Source of the DNA: a virus
Lineage: Duplodnaviria > Caudoviricetes
Strand: one strand, 5' to 3'
IMG/VR virus record: IMGVR_UViG_3300047388_000423
Span: 161-64,160 of that record
DNA: 64,000 bases
Shown here: piece after piece, positions 19,342-29,408 of the stretch
Numbering within the stretch: the stretch's first letter is position 1
Layout: the number at the start of each line of letters is the position of its first letter
Translations under genes and position numbers: made by a program
Notes under the pieces: model-generated
Databases searched by the model: none
Told to the model about the DNA's origin: nothing
Seen by the model: only the letters and a program-made list of their open reading frames with translations

Positions 19342-19538
19342 TGCCCTACGTTTCACGCGACGGCAGCGACAGCATCAACGGCCTCTATGCCAATCTGCAA
19401 CCGGGCTTTGCTGAGGAATATCTGCCTGACGACGACCCCGAGGTGATGGCGTTCCTCAACCCGCCGCGGCCGATTGATCCCGCGCTTGATGGCATCGGCA
19501 CCGGAAAGACCGCCGCTCAAATTCTTGGAGCAACATAA
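19341..19538 (+). CDS. putative tail fibre chaperone
   Basis: MPYV.RD...I......Q....E.LPDD.PEV..FL; overlaps the fibre stop. Confidence 0.55.
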   Translation: MPYVSRDGSDSINGLYANLQPGFAEEYLPDDDPEVMAFLNPPRPIDPALDGIGTGKTAAQILGAT

Positions 19539-19868
19539 ATGTCAGCCCTCGATCTGATCTCGACCGCATCTGACCCGACCTTCGCCGGTCGCGTAATGAT
19601 GATCCAGTTCAAGGTGGCGCAGAACGTCGCATCCGAAGACCCCGGCACCGCGAATCATGCCGAGCGCATCAACTACGCCGCCTTGGTGATCCGGGGCGAG
19701 GAGAAACCGCAGCTTGTCTCCGCACACGTCATCAGCAGCAACGCGTCGATCAGCGCGCAGATTGAAAGCGATCCGGCGGCGTTGGGTTCGAATGTGCCGG
19801 ACGGCGATATCGAATTCGCGCTGGCTTCGATCTGGGACAGCCGTTCGCTGGCGTTTGCAGCCGTTTAA
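19539..19868 (+). CDS. hypothetical virion-associated protein
   Basis: GGAG RBS; located in the tail operon. Confidence 0.65.
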   Translation: MSALDLISTASDPTFAGRVMMIQFKVAQNVASEDPGTANHAERINYAALVIRGEEKPQLVSAHVISSNASISAQIESDPAALGSNVPDGDIEFALASIWDSRSLAFAAV

Positions 19869-19988
19869 GAGAGGATCAGATGAACGAGGATATCATTATC
19901 GTACCAGAAGAAGATCGGGTCATCGTGGTGATGGAAGAAAACCACGTGATTGAGGTTCCGGGCGAGTGGAGATGGATCGAGGTACCAG

Positions 19989-20270
19989 ATGACCCTCCTA
20001 GCATCTAAGCAACATACCGAAGGCAACAAGCGGCGTTGGCAGGTCAGTTACGCCAAATGGTTGGACAACACCGCCACCATCGATCAGATCGAAGTGACGT
20101 CGTCATCGACGACCTGCACAGTAGCCGACCCCACCATTCTCGGCGATGAGATTGTTTTCTTTCTGGTCGGCGGCGTGCAGGGCGAGACCCTGACCGTTAC
20201 CCTGGATATGACTGACTCGTTCGAGAACGAGAAGATCGACACCATATCGTTCCACGTTGTGGCACCATGA
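19989..20270 (+). CDS. putative fibre-tail adaptor
   Basis: Y..WL and ..GG..G...TV pattern of short beta-rich adaptors. Confidence 0.55.
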   Translation: MTLLASKQHTEGNKRRWQVSYAKWLDNTATIDQIEVTSSSTTCTVADPTILGDEIVFFLVGGVQGETLTVTLDMTDSFENEKIDTISFHVVAP

Positions 20271-20281
20271 GAGGAGCTTCC

Positions 20282-20782
20282 ATGAACAATAAACCTGCCG
20301 ACTCGATTACCCATACCGAAGAGCGCCGGGCTAAAATGAAGGAAGAGTATGCACAATACCAAAAAGAGCAGGCCATTGCCGAAGAGAACCGTCAGGAAAA
20401 ACAGGCAGTGCGGGATATGAAAGTGGACGACGACGACGCTGCCAGGCTGGAGAAGCAGGCCTATCTGCTGACGGATCTCGGCAGCCGCGATCAGCTGCTG
20501 GAGCATGTTCGTCGGATGCGGCTGGAGACGCCGGAGAACGCGCCGCCGCCACCGCCGCCGATGACCGAGTTTCAAAAACAGCAGCTTGCGATCGAGCAGC
20601 AAGCTGGCCGTGAGGCAGTGGCCAAGGCCGAGAAGTTGGCAGAAGAAGTCCGCGTCTGGCGGGCTAAACTGGCAGCCGAGGAGAGGGCGCAGAAGGGTAC
20701 GATGACGGAAGTACATCACGCGAACCCGGGTATGCAGGAACAGTATCCAACTCAAAAGGCAACGCTTGGAAAGACCAAATGA
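20282..20782 (+). CDS. hypothetical coiled-coil protein
   Basis: AGGAG RBS; charged helical sequence. Confidence 0.6.
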   Translation: MNNKPADSITHTEERRAKMKEEYAQYQKEQAIAEENRQEKQAVRDMKVDDDDAARLEKQAYLLTDLGSRDQLLEHVRRMRLETPENAPPPPPPMTEFQKQQLAIEQQAGREAVAKAEKLAEEVRVWRAKLAAEERAQKGTMTEVHHANPGMQEQYPTQKATLGKTK

Positions 20783-23040
20783 CCGCGATCAAGATGGACA
20801 AAATGGGCGGTATGTTACCGGCATGGGACGATAGATTATTGCCTGACGGTCAAGCAAGTTATGCTCTTAATACATACTTATTTTCAGGAGCACTCGTAGG
20901 ATGGCGGCAACCGAAGCTGCTCCGCATGCTGCGGGACAGTGCGTCCAAATATGTCTATCGCCTGTTGAACAAGGATCCGAACGACACCTCGATTACCGCC
21001 AGTGATTCCTTCTGGATGGAGTTCGCCGATGCCGATACGACGGTCCTGCATACTCCGGTAGCCGACGATCAGTTCGAGCGTTATTATTTCGCCGCGCCAA
21101 GTCACCCGCCAAAATACAACACCCGCGCCCGCATCGAGAACGGCGATCCGGCATGGCTGCTCGGCATTCCCGGCTCCGGCTGCACGCCCGGCGTCGAGGT
21201 GACCGGCGGCGGCGACACCAGCCAGAGCGGCAATGTCAGCGTGCTGCCCGATGCCGGTGGCAGTGACTTTCGACCTGGAAATTCGATCTTCCTGACGCCG
21301 ATCGTGCCAGACGGAAGCATGCTGGTGCAGTCCGTCAGCTTCGTGCCGACGTCGAGCGACGGGCTGATGTCCTATCAGGCGGTGGTCTACACCGATCTCA
21401 ATGGCAGCCCGTCCGAGTTGTTAGGGGTCGGCAACAAGGTGGTGGGCATTACGGCTGGCGCCACCGCGACCAGCTCAATCAGCAATGGCGTCTCCGTCAT
21501 CAGTAATGTCACCTACTGGATCGGTATTGCGCATGACAATGCATTCAGCCTGACCATTGCCGATACCCGGGTCCATAACGGCGCCACCATCTCCAACACC
21601 TTCGCCAACGGTCCCCCGGCTACGGCAGCCGCCACCGGCGGCGGGGCGGTTTGGCAAATGTGGGGCGATCTGCTGGGCGCCAGCGTGTTTGCCGCCCGCG
21701 CCTATGTCTACACCTGGGTCAGCGCCTATGGCGAGGAGGGCCCGCCCAGCCCGCCGTCGGTGGTCAATGGCTGGTCCAATGCGGTTTGGACTGTCAGCCT
21801 GTTTCAGCCGACACCGGAAAATATGGGCATCGATCGCAACATCACCACCACGCGACTGTACCGCTCGATTTCCAACCAGCAGGGGCAGGGTACCTATTTT
21901 CTGGTAGCTGAATTCCCGGTGACGCAAGCGACCTATGTCGACACCATCGACGACGCCACGGTGTCGTTGAACTCGCAGATGGAGTCGTTGTACTGGTCGG
22001 AGCCGCCGGCGGATCTCAAGGGCTTCAAGGCGTTTCCGAACGGCATTGCAGTGGGCTGGAAGGCCAACGAGGTCTGGTTCTCCGAGCCGTTCCGCTACCA
22101 CGCCTGGCCGCCGACCTATGTGCTGACGGCGGAGTTTCCGATTGTCGGCCTTGGCGTCTGCGGCAACTCGATCGTGGTCTGCACCCAAGGCTCGCCGTAT
22201 CTGATCACCGGCATCAACCCGTCGACGATGTCGATGACCAAGATCAATTTGCCGGAGCCGTGTCTGTTTAGTGCTTCTATTGTCGCTACAGACACTACTG
22301 TATTGTATATTTCCCAAAATGGCCTGATGCAGATTAGCCAGTCCGGTGCCGGCGCCAACATCACCGAGGGCTGGATTTCCCGTGAGAAGTGGCAAGCGTT
22401 GGTGCCGAAGCGGTTCATCAGGGCTATCAAACACGCAACGTCCTATTTCGCCTTTGGTTCAAGATTTGGCGGTGATGACACGTGGGCCTATCAAGGCTTC
22501 ACGGTGGAATTGTCAACCCAGGACCAGACATCGTTTACGATCTGGCCACAGCCGGGTGGGCATCGGCTGGGATTTACTCAACTGTCCAGTCCTAACGGAT
22601 ACGCCATTGATAATCTGGAAGTAGACCCCTGGACGGGAGTGGGATTACTGGTTCAAAACGGTGGTGTCTGGTACTGGGATTTTACAGATGCAAATCCAAC
22701 GATTGTTCCTTATCGTTGGAAGAGTAAAATTTTTCAGCAAAACGCAGCGAGGAATTTTTCTGCCGTCAAAGTATGGTTCTCGGTGCCGTCTACAACGCCG
22801 CCGCAAGTTGCTCGTAACACCAACGATCCACAACCAGTTTTAGGTTCAAATCAGTACGGCATTTTCAGGGTTTTTGCTGACGGACAACTTTACACAACAC
22901 GTGAGATTCGTACTTCGGGTGAGTTGTTGAGGATTTATAGCGGTGGCAAATTTGAAGCTTGGCAATTTGAGGTAGAAAGTAGAGTCGCAATCTCGAATCT
23001 TCAGATCGCGACTTCGGCTAAGGAGTTAGCGTTAGTTTGA
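20779..23040 (+). CDS. tail nozzle / stabilisation (tubular B-like) protein
   Basis: 753 aa; YVYTWV...GEEG.PS, FSEP...HAWP and Y.WKSK.F motifs. Confidence 0.7.
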   Translation: MTAIKMDKMGGMLPAWDDRLLPDGQASYALNTYLFSGALVGWRQPKLLRMLRDSASKYVYRLLNKDPNDTSITASDSFWMEFADADTTVLHTPVADDQFERYYFAAPSHPPKYNTRARIENGDPAWLLGIPGSGCTPGVEVTGGGDTSQSGNVSVLPDAGGSDFRPGNSIFLTPIVPDGSMLVQSVSFVPTSSDGLMSYQAVVYTDLNGSPSELLGVGNKVVGITAGATATSSISNGVSVISNVTYWIGIAHDNAFSLTIADTRVHNGATISNTFANGPPATAAATGGGAVWQMWGDLLGASVFAARAYVYTWVSAYGEEGPPSPPSVVNGWSNAVWTVSLFQPTPENMGIDRNITTTRLYRSISNQQGQGTYFLVAEFPVTQATYVDTIDDATVSLNSQMESLYWSEPPADLKGFKAFPNGIAVGWKANEVWFSEPFRYHAWPPTYVLTAEFPIVGLGVCGNSIVVCTQGSPYLITGINPSTMSMTKINLPEPCLFSASIVATDTTVLYISQNGLMQISQSGAGANITEGWISREKWQALVPKRFIRAIKHATSYFAFGSRFGGDDTWAYQGFTVELSTQDQTSFTIWPQPGGHRLGFTQLSSPNGYAIDNLEVDPWTGVGLLVQNGGVWYWDFTDANPTIVPYRWKSKIFQQNAARNFSAVKVWFSVPSTTPPQVARNTNDPQPVLGSNQYGIFRVFADGQLYTTREIRTSGELLRIYSGGKFEAWQFEVESRVAISNLQIATSAKELALV

Positions 23041-23617
23041 TGTTTCGACGCTTTAACTCAGCTACGAGCTTAGCAGTGGTGTAGTACTCAATTTGTGGTC
23101 TTTTAGGTTGCCATGTATGGCGAGGGCGTCTGTTGTGATTTTGCTCTTCTCGCGTAGACCATTTTATATTTCCCGGTTCGTATCCACGGTCGTTGTCAAT
23201 ACGATCCAGGGTAAAGCTGGGATGTGGGCGTTCACCAATAGCAGCAAGAACTTCAGCTATGAAGACAACAAAATTATTCCATTGCCGAGCGAGTTTGATT
23301 TCGCGACCACCCCAATCCTTGAATTGTGGATTGTTTGGGTTATTGCAACGTGCACGTATATTTTCCCAAGCATTGTAAAGGTAATGTACTTTTCCTCTTT
23401 TAGCGTAACCATGCCGGTAGTTTGTAATCGTTTCTTTTCTGAGACACCCGCAAGAACGAACCCTGTTGTGTGTAAGAAGGACAGCGGTAACGGAATGATT
23501 GTTACCACAATCGCATTGACACAACCATCGCATCTGTCTGTGAATATCTTTACCGATTGGCTTAATTGCAATCAATCGACCGAAGCGTTGATTAGTGATA
23601 TCTTTGAATTTGGCCAT
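23018..23617 (-). CDS. free-standing HNH-family homing endonuclease
   Basis: RFGRL, WLCQCDCG, SCGC, LDRIDNDRGYEPGN.KW.T..EQ..N; antisense and AT-rich inside the tail operon. Confidence 0.82.
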   Translation of the reverse strand: MAKFKDITNQRFGRLIAIKPIGKDIHRQMRWLCQCDCGNNHSVTAVLLTHNRVRSCGCLRKETITNYRHGYAKRGKVHYLYNAWENIRARCNNPNNPQFKDWGGREIKLARQWNNFVVFIAEVLAAIGERPHPSFTLDRIDNDRGYEPGNIKWSTREEQNHNRRPRHTWQPKRPQIEYYTTAKLVAELKRRNIKLTLTP

Positions 23618-23705
23618 GATGACCTCCACAGAAGGTTGTTGCGGCAAGTGGCGGAGCCGGTGTTAGCGCACTGGCTTCGCTGCGCACTATAGCAGGAGAA
23701 CCCCA

Positions 23706-24065
23706 ATGCAAAAAGCCATGATGCGACCAACCCCGCAAGTCGCGCTAAGAGCGTCGCCAAGGACCAACGGCAGCGCCGCCCCGGTCTGTCCGATTTCACG
23801 CTCCCAGGCAATTCCGCCGCAACCGCCACGGAAGCGACCGGGACTGGTCATGGTTAACGATTTGCCGTCGGTGATCAACACGGTCAATCAGATCGTGATG
23901 ATGCTTAATGGCGAGCCGGATAATTTTCAGGAGCAGAGTCGCACGACTGAAGTGGTGCGTGTTTTTAATCCGAACGACAGCGAGCAATGGGTCGATGTCG
24001 AACGCATCAATTATCTGCGGCTTGAAGATCCGGTCAACGGCGGTCACGTGACCTGGGAATACTGA
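23706..24065 (+). CDS. hypothetical protein
   Basis: AGGAG RBS; VR..NP.D...WVDVERI motif. Confidence 0.65.
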   Translation: MQKAMMRPTPQVALRASPRTNGSAAPVCPISRSQAIPPQPPRKRPGLVMVNDLPSVINTVNQIVMMLNGEPDNFQEQSRTTEVVRVFNPNDSEQWVDVERINYLRLEDPVNGGHVTWEY

Positions 24066-25108
24066 TGCCAGTCGATTACGGCGAGGATTTCCTGCAGCGC
24101 ATTGTCGGGGTGCACTGGCGTCGCAAGCCGGTGGGGAGAAAAGAAATTGTTTTTATTTATGCCGAACAGGAAGGCAACCAGCTGCATTATGTAAAATTCA
24201 AAAATAATGTGGATACCAGCCCGCAGATGCGCACCATAAGCCTGCCCGAACCGGCGTTGACGCCGCAGGATATTCGCGGTCCTCGGTTTGCGATCAACGG
24301 GAGTTCGTTCGCTTTTGTTGGTGGTGACGTCAATGTTCCCGATGTCAAAGTCGAACCGGTTTTTGTGCTTTGTGGTTCAAGCGTCAGTTACGTGACTGTC
24401 GACGATGGAGCGGGTAACATGATCGAGCTTCCTATTTATAAAGCCAGGATTTACCGCTCGACTGACGGCCTTAGCTGGAGCAAAGCCTTCGAAGATGCGA
24501 CATCCGACCCTAGTGTAACGCATCTTGAAGCGATTAACGTTACGGCACTGGTTTGGGATCCGGCAGCAAAAACATTTTTTTACGATCAAAACAGAAACAG
24601 TAACGATCAGATTTTCAGTTCGTCGAACGGTTCAGGATGGGGGATGGTTTTGAGCAATCCCACTAACGGTGATCCAAACTATCGATCTCCGTTTGAAGCG
24701 CATTGCGAACATAATGTTTGTCTGGATGCCAGTAATCAGCATGTGCCAGACGGGGTGATGTGGCAGGATCCCGAGCTTGCGCCTAATCACCAGCACAGGA
24801 CCGTGGCCAAGCCATTCGCGCCACCGACAATTACCTATATGAACGGAAGTATCGATTTCCTGAGCGGAACCAACACTGTTGTTGTCGAGCGAAACGACAT
24901 CCTGAATACGATTAATGTTTCTATTCCAGGTGTCAGCAGCGTAACCGGCATTGCCGGGGCGGGCGGAGTGCTGCTGGCAGGCGGTTACACTGCTACGGAG
25001 TATGAATCTCCAGGTGCAGTGGCGTACTCGCTGAATCGTGGCGAAAGCTGGAATCCGCTGGCGACAACTCCGATCGGAGTGGTGACCATAGTTGCTGGAT
25101 TGCTTTAG
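24065..25108 (+). CDS. Asp-box (BNR) beta-propeller-like protein
   Basis: S.DG.SW, SSNG..W and S.N.G.SW Asp-box motifs. Confidence 0.6.
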   Translation: MPVDYGEDFLQRIVGVHWRRKPVGRKEIVFIYAEQEGNQLHYVKFKNNVDTSPQMRTISLPEPALTPQDIRGPRFAINGSSFAFVGGDVNVPDVKVEPVFVLCGSSVSYVTVDDGAGNMIELPIYKARIYRSTDGLSWSKAFEDATSDPSVTHLEAINVTALVWDPAAKTFFYDQNRNSNDQIFSSSNGSGWGMVLSNPTNGDPNYRSPFEAHCEHNVCLDASNQHVPDGVMWQDPELAPNHQHRTVAKPFAPPTITYMNGSIDFLSGTNTVVVERNDILNTINVSIPGVSSVTGIAGAGGVLLAGGYTATEYESPGAVAYSLNRGESWNPLATTPIGVVTIVAGLL

Positions 25109-25146
25109 TTGATCCTTTCTTTTGGCGCCAAGTAGGGAACGGTCTT

Positions 25147-25161
25147 TTAAGCTTTTCTTAA
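25147..25161. promoter_or_regulatory. CtrA-type box TTAA-N7-TTAA upstream of ejection-protein genes
   Basis: TTAAGCTTTTCTTAA. Confidence 0.65.
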
Positions 25162-25209
25162 TGATTTTGTGCTTAGGCGGAAACTGGATGTTTTCGGGAG
25201 TTTTGCGAC

Positions 25210-26181
25210 ATGGCTGTAAACCTTACTCCTGGCTGGTATCCCGGCATTGGCACTCCGACCACTCATACAACTTCGTCGAGCTACACCGCGCCTTCCTTCG
25301 GTCAGAATGTCAACTTCTCCACCTCGTTTATTCCGGAATATTCCCAGACCCCGATCCTGAACTCGATTGCCAAGTACTCTCAGCAGATGGCCCCGCAGGT
25401 CTACCAGTGGGGGATGGACCAGTTCAACAAGAACCAGGGCAACATCGACCAGATGATGAAGAATGCCCTGGCCTATGCCAGCCCGCAACGGGTTGCACAG
25501 GAAATGGGGATGGCGCAGTCGGGCGTGATGCAAGGCGCCGAAGCTGGCCGGCAGAGTGCGATTAGAGATCTGCAGAGCTATGGCATCGATCCGTCATCCG
25601 GTCGCTATGCCGGGCTGGATATGGCCAACCGGGTGATGACGGGTGCCGCCGCTGCAGGTGCCGGCAACCAGCAGCGGATGGCGACCGAGGCGGCCGGCAA
25701 TGCTTTGCAGCAACAGGCGATCCAGGCCAGCAACGCCAACGTTGCGACCGGCTACGGTGCCTCCAACGCCATGAACCAGTTGCTCGGCACTGGCATGTCG
25801 CTGAAATACGACCCGCTGGGCACGGTGTCGATGGGTTCGGGGTTTAACTATAGTGGAGGAGGCGGCAGTACTAGTACCTCTCAAACCCATCCGTCAGGCT
25901 ATGGCGAAGGCATTGCGGCACCGGGCGGTAGTGGGGGTCTGCATCTGGCCGCAGGCGGCGACGTCCCCGACGAACTCAGCAAATCTAACGGCGGCAAGGT
26001 TGACGACGTCCCTGCCAGCCTGACCGCCGGCGAGTTCATCATCCCCAAAGACATCGTGCAGTGGAAGGGCCAGGAGTTCTTCTACAAGCTGATGGCGCAG
26101 GCGCGGAAGATGCGCGCAATGGGAGATAGTGGCGGCGGTGGCAGCGATGAACCGGCCCAGCTTGGTTATGGAGCAGCATGA
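25210..26181 (+). CDS. putative internal virion / ejection protein
   Basis: G.DPSSGRY; DDVPA.L..GEF.IP.D.V...G motif; Ala/Gln-rich. Confidence 0.65.
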   Translation: MAVNLTPGWYPGIGTPTTHTTSSSYTAPSFGQNVNFSTSFIPEYSQTPILNSIAKYSQQMAPQVYQWGMDQFNKNQGNIDQMMKNALAYASPQRVAQEMGMAQSGVMQGAEAGRQSAIRDLQSYGIDPSSGRYAGLDMANRVMTGAAAAGAGNQQRMATEAAGNALQQQAIQASNANVATGYGASNAMNQLLGTGMSLKYDPLGTVSMGSGFNYSGGGGSTSTSQTHPSGYGEGIAAPGGSGGLHLAAGGDVPDELSKSNGGKVDDVPASLTAGEFIIPKDIVQWKGQEFFYKLMAQARKMRAMGDSGGGGSDEPAQLGYGAA

Positions 26182-29100
26182 TGCGCCACCAACGTCCAGC
26201 CAGTTTCGGCAGCAAGATGCGTACTGGTTATGCCCAAGGCGGCGTGGCTAACACCAATCAAGACAATCAATACGCCGGGATTGATCCCAGTGCCGATGAT
26301 ACCGTCAAGGGCGACACCGCGGCCAACTGGACCCCGGAAGCCTACCAGGCCTGGCTGCAGAAACAGCAGCAAGGCTACGCCGTTGGCGGCATGGTGCGGC
26401 AGAATTTCCGGCGTGGCGGCGGAGTACCCAGCGATCCCGAACAAAAGGCTGCAGAGGGCTGGGGCTTATCGGCGGATGAACGAAAAGCGCTGATGTTAAA
26501 GCATCAGGATTACGTTAATACGCATCCCGTACCGTATGACCCAAGCTATGACGATTATGATCCGAGATTGGGCACCAGTGTTACTCACGGGACCAATCAG
26601 GCGCTTGGCGGTGCCGGAAGCAATCCCAGCAGCCCGGCTTCTGTTCGAAACCTCGCCGATACCATTGGCGCCGGTGCTGGATATGCCAGGGGTGGTGCGG
26701 TAGCTCGTATCGGATATGCCGATGGCGGCGAGGTTATCGACGAGAGTGCGGGTCTCGATCTAGCCCGAGAGCAGGAACGGCGTGCCGGGGAAATGGCGGC
26801 ACGACGGGCGGAAGAACAGGCAGCGGAACGGCAGCAGCAGGAGGAGGCCCGTCGTTCTCCGAGGACTTTGGCTGACGATACGGCTGCGGCCCAACCGGAT
26901 GTCGCAACACCGCGGGAAGAGCGCATTACTGGTCCTTCCGACCTGCCGGTTGCACTCAGCGCAGCCCCACAGGCGCCACCTCCTGTAGAGAATCCTGTAA
27001 AGGATGCGCTGGCCCACGCCCATAGAATGTATGGGCTTGATGTCCCATTGGAGTCGATCACCGCTGGAAGTAGTGCCGGACAACTGGCAGCAGGGGCCCT
27101 TAGACGTACGGCGGGTTATGCGGCTGGTGCTTTAGAACGTGGGGCTGGTACTGCCGGTTTTGGATCGGATATTGCCTCTCCGGCCGTATCTGGCGAGGCC
27201 ATGCGAGAAAAATTAGCCGCCTATGTCCGGGGCGATCATGCGGTGCCGCCTCAAGTGTTGGACCAGCATCTGCAGCAGACCGCAGCTACCAATCCACAAG
27301 CCAGTCCAGCCGAGGTCGCGGTTAAGGCAGTGACCGACGAAAAACTCGATCCGGATCAGAAGGCTGGTTTGTTGGGCGGCATGAGCCAGCGCTATCAATT
27401 GCACAATGCTATGGCCCAAGGTGCCCTGGCTCACGGTGACGTGGCGAGCGCGATGCGATTGGCTCAGGAGTCGCACAACCATGTGCCGGATGGCCAGAAC
27501 CTGTCGTTCCGGCAGGAAGGTGACAGGATCATCGCCACGGTGGATCCGCTCGGCAACAGGCCGCCGGTCTCCTATGCCATGACCATGCAGCAATTCCACG
27601 ACTACCTGGTCGGACCAGGCACCCTATTCGACCACGTCGTGGTGAATGGGGTCCAGAAGAACCTGGAGATTGCTTCCAGAGGTGCAGCTCCGGCTGGAAC
27701 GACGGTGGGAGCGGCGAGAGGCCAGCCGGCGACGGGCTATAGCCAAGTGGATATGGCACAGGCTCGACAGAACCTGGAGCGAGCCACGGCGCCAGCCGAA
27801 GCCACGGCGCCAGTGGATACTGTCGGTGGAGTGGGCTATCGACAGGAGCAGCCCGCTCAACGCAGCGCCAATGGCGACACCATCTACGCCGACGGCAGCG
27901 TACTGACTGCTACCGGTGAAATGATTCCTGCAGCCCGGGCCCGTGACATGGGCATCAAGCCCGGTACGGAGGCGGGAAATATAGAGCCTCCAGGAACCTA
28001 TAAAGAAGAGCGGACAATGCTCAGATCGCTACCGAAAACAGGTACGAGAGAAGTAAATAGACCGGCGACGGGCGTCTTTGGCGATCCTCGCAGATACAAT
28101 CCCGCTGAAGAGCCCGCTGGAAGAGGCAGCATTCAGGCTCGTGTGGCGGCCGCGACCAACAGCAGCCGGGTTGATGAGCTGGGCAACTTCCTGACCCCGG
28201 ACACTGCGGCGCCCGGCGGCATGCCGAAGCAGGCCATCGAGCGTTATGGTGCCGGAAAAGACGATCTCAGGATCGATCCGCGAGGCTTTGCCACTGTCCC
28301 GCGCGAAGAGATAGAGCGGCAGCAGTTGGATTATGCCGCGAAGACTGGCTACAAGCCGTGGGATCCGAAACCAGTGGTCGATCGCAATACCGGCGAAGTG
28401 CTGTTTGGCCGGCAGGACAAGTATGGCCGCTGGCCGGAGCAGCAGGCAGCAGAGGGCGCGCGGCCATGGGAACCTTGGATGGGGCGTGGAGGGTACACGC
28501 CCAACCCGCAATATCGCGGTGAAGGACCGGGTTACATTACTCCCCCATCACCTAACGCCACAGGACCTGGAACCTTCACAGATACAAGAGGTGATTACGG
28601 CGAGAAGGGCAGGGCTGTCACGGTGCCGATAGATCGAACTCCGGGATCGATCTTGCGAGCGCCGGCGGGGCGCGAACAAACGACGCCGCCACCTCTGGCC
28701 GGCGACAATTCAGTACAAGCCAGGGCTGCGCGTCTAACAGGAACTCGTGGCGGCAAGGAATATCAGGCGGCAGTGGACCACTACGAAGCCCTGGATCAGA
28801 AATACGAGGAGCTGGCGTCCAAGGAACGTACTGGTGAAAACACCGCTCAGACCCGGCAGGACATTGCAAATCTTCAGGCTGCGAGCCGACAGAAAGTAGC
28901 GGAAACTCAAGTTGCCGGCCGACAGGGTGTAGCTGAAACTCAAGTTGCCGGCCGGCAGACGCTGCAAGAGCAAAGAGATCGAGCACACGCCGAGCGGCAG
29001 CAAAACTGGATCAATTTCCGGCAGGACAATACCGCGCAGCAAATTGCCCAGAGAGTATTGACTGCTCGCGAGCAGTTGGCTGTGAAGATGTACGACACCT

Positions 29101-29408
29101 ACATTGCCAGCGGTCAAACCCCACCGCCCGAGGCCACTGCCGCAGCTCAGAAGCTGATTGCTGCGGTCAACGTCGCCGGTTATCAGGCGCCCGCGTTACC
29201 CCATGCCGAAATCGGAGCTGCGACAAGTCAGGCCGCGGGAAGATCCGCATCCGGCCTGGCTACGCCGGTGCCAGGTCAGGCAGCACCAGCCGCTCCGGCG
29301 GCCACAACACAAGCTCCGGTCAGGGTTCAGTCGATTGACGAAGCGCGCAAACTACCAAGCGGCACTGCAATTATTCTGCCGGATGGGTCACCTGGAAAGG
29401 TACCCTGA
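26178..29408 (+). CDS. large putative ejection protein
   Basis: 1076 aa; repeated GYAxGGxV; C-terminal LPSGT....PDG. Confidence 0.65.
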   Translation: MMRHQRPASFGSKMRTGYAQGGVANTNQDNQYAGIDPSADDTVKGDTAANWTPEAYQAWLQKQQQGYAVGGMVRQNFRRGGGVPSDPEQKAAEGWGLSADERKALMLKHQDYVNTHPVPYDPSYDDYDPRLGTSVTHGTNQALGGAGSNPSSPASVRNLADTIGAGAGYARGGAVARIGYADGGEVIDESAGLDLAREQERRAGEMAARRAEEQAAERQQQEEARRSPRTLADDTAAAQPDVATPREERITGPSDLPVALSAAPQAPPPVENPVKDALAHAHRMYGLDVPLESITAGSSAGQLAAGALRRTAGYAAGALERGAGTAGFGSDIASPAVSGEAMREKLAAYVRGDHAVPPQVLDQHLQQTAATNPQASPAEVAVKAVTDEKLDPDQKAGLLGGMSQRYQLHNAMAQGALAHGDVASAMRLAQESHNHVPDGQNLSFRQEGDRIIATVDPLGNRPPVSYAMTMQQFHDYLVGPGTLFDHVVVNGVQKNLEIASRGAAPAGTTVGAARGQPATGYSQVDMAQARQNLERATAPAEATAPVDTVGGVGYRQEQPAQRSANGDTIYADGSVLTATGEMIPAARARDMGIKPGTEAGNIEPPGTYKEERTMLRSLPKTGTREVNRPATGVFGDPRRYNPAEEPAGRGSIQARVAAATNSSRVDELGNFLTPDTAAPGGMPKQAIERYGAGKDDLRIDPRGFATVPREEIERQQLDYAAKTGYKPWDPKPVVDRNTGEVLFGRQDKYGRWPEQQAAEGARPWEPWMGRGGYTPNPQYRGEGPGYITPPSPNATGPGTFTDTRGDYGEKGRAVTVPIDRTPGSILRAPAGREQTTPPPLAGDNSVQARAARLTGTRGGKEYQAAVDHYEALDQKYEELASKERTGENTAQTRQDIANLQAASRQKVAETQVAGRQGVAETQVAGRQTLQEQRDRAHAERQQNWINFRQDNTAQQIAQRVLTAREQLAVKMYDTYIASGQTPPPEATAAAQKLIAAVNVAGYQAPALPHAEIGAATSQAAGRSASGLATPVPGQAAPAAPAATTQAPVRVQSIDEARKLPSGTAIILPDGSPGKVP

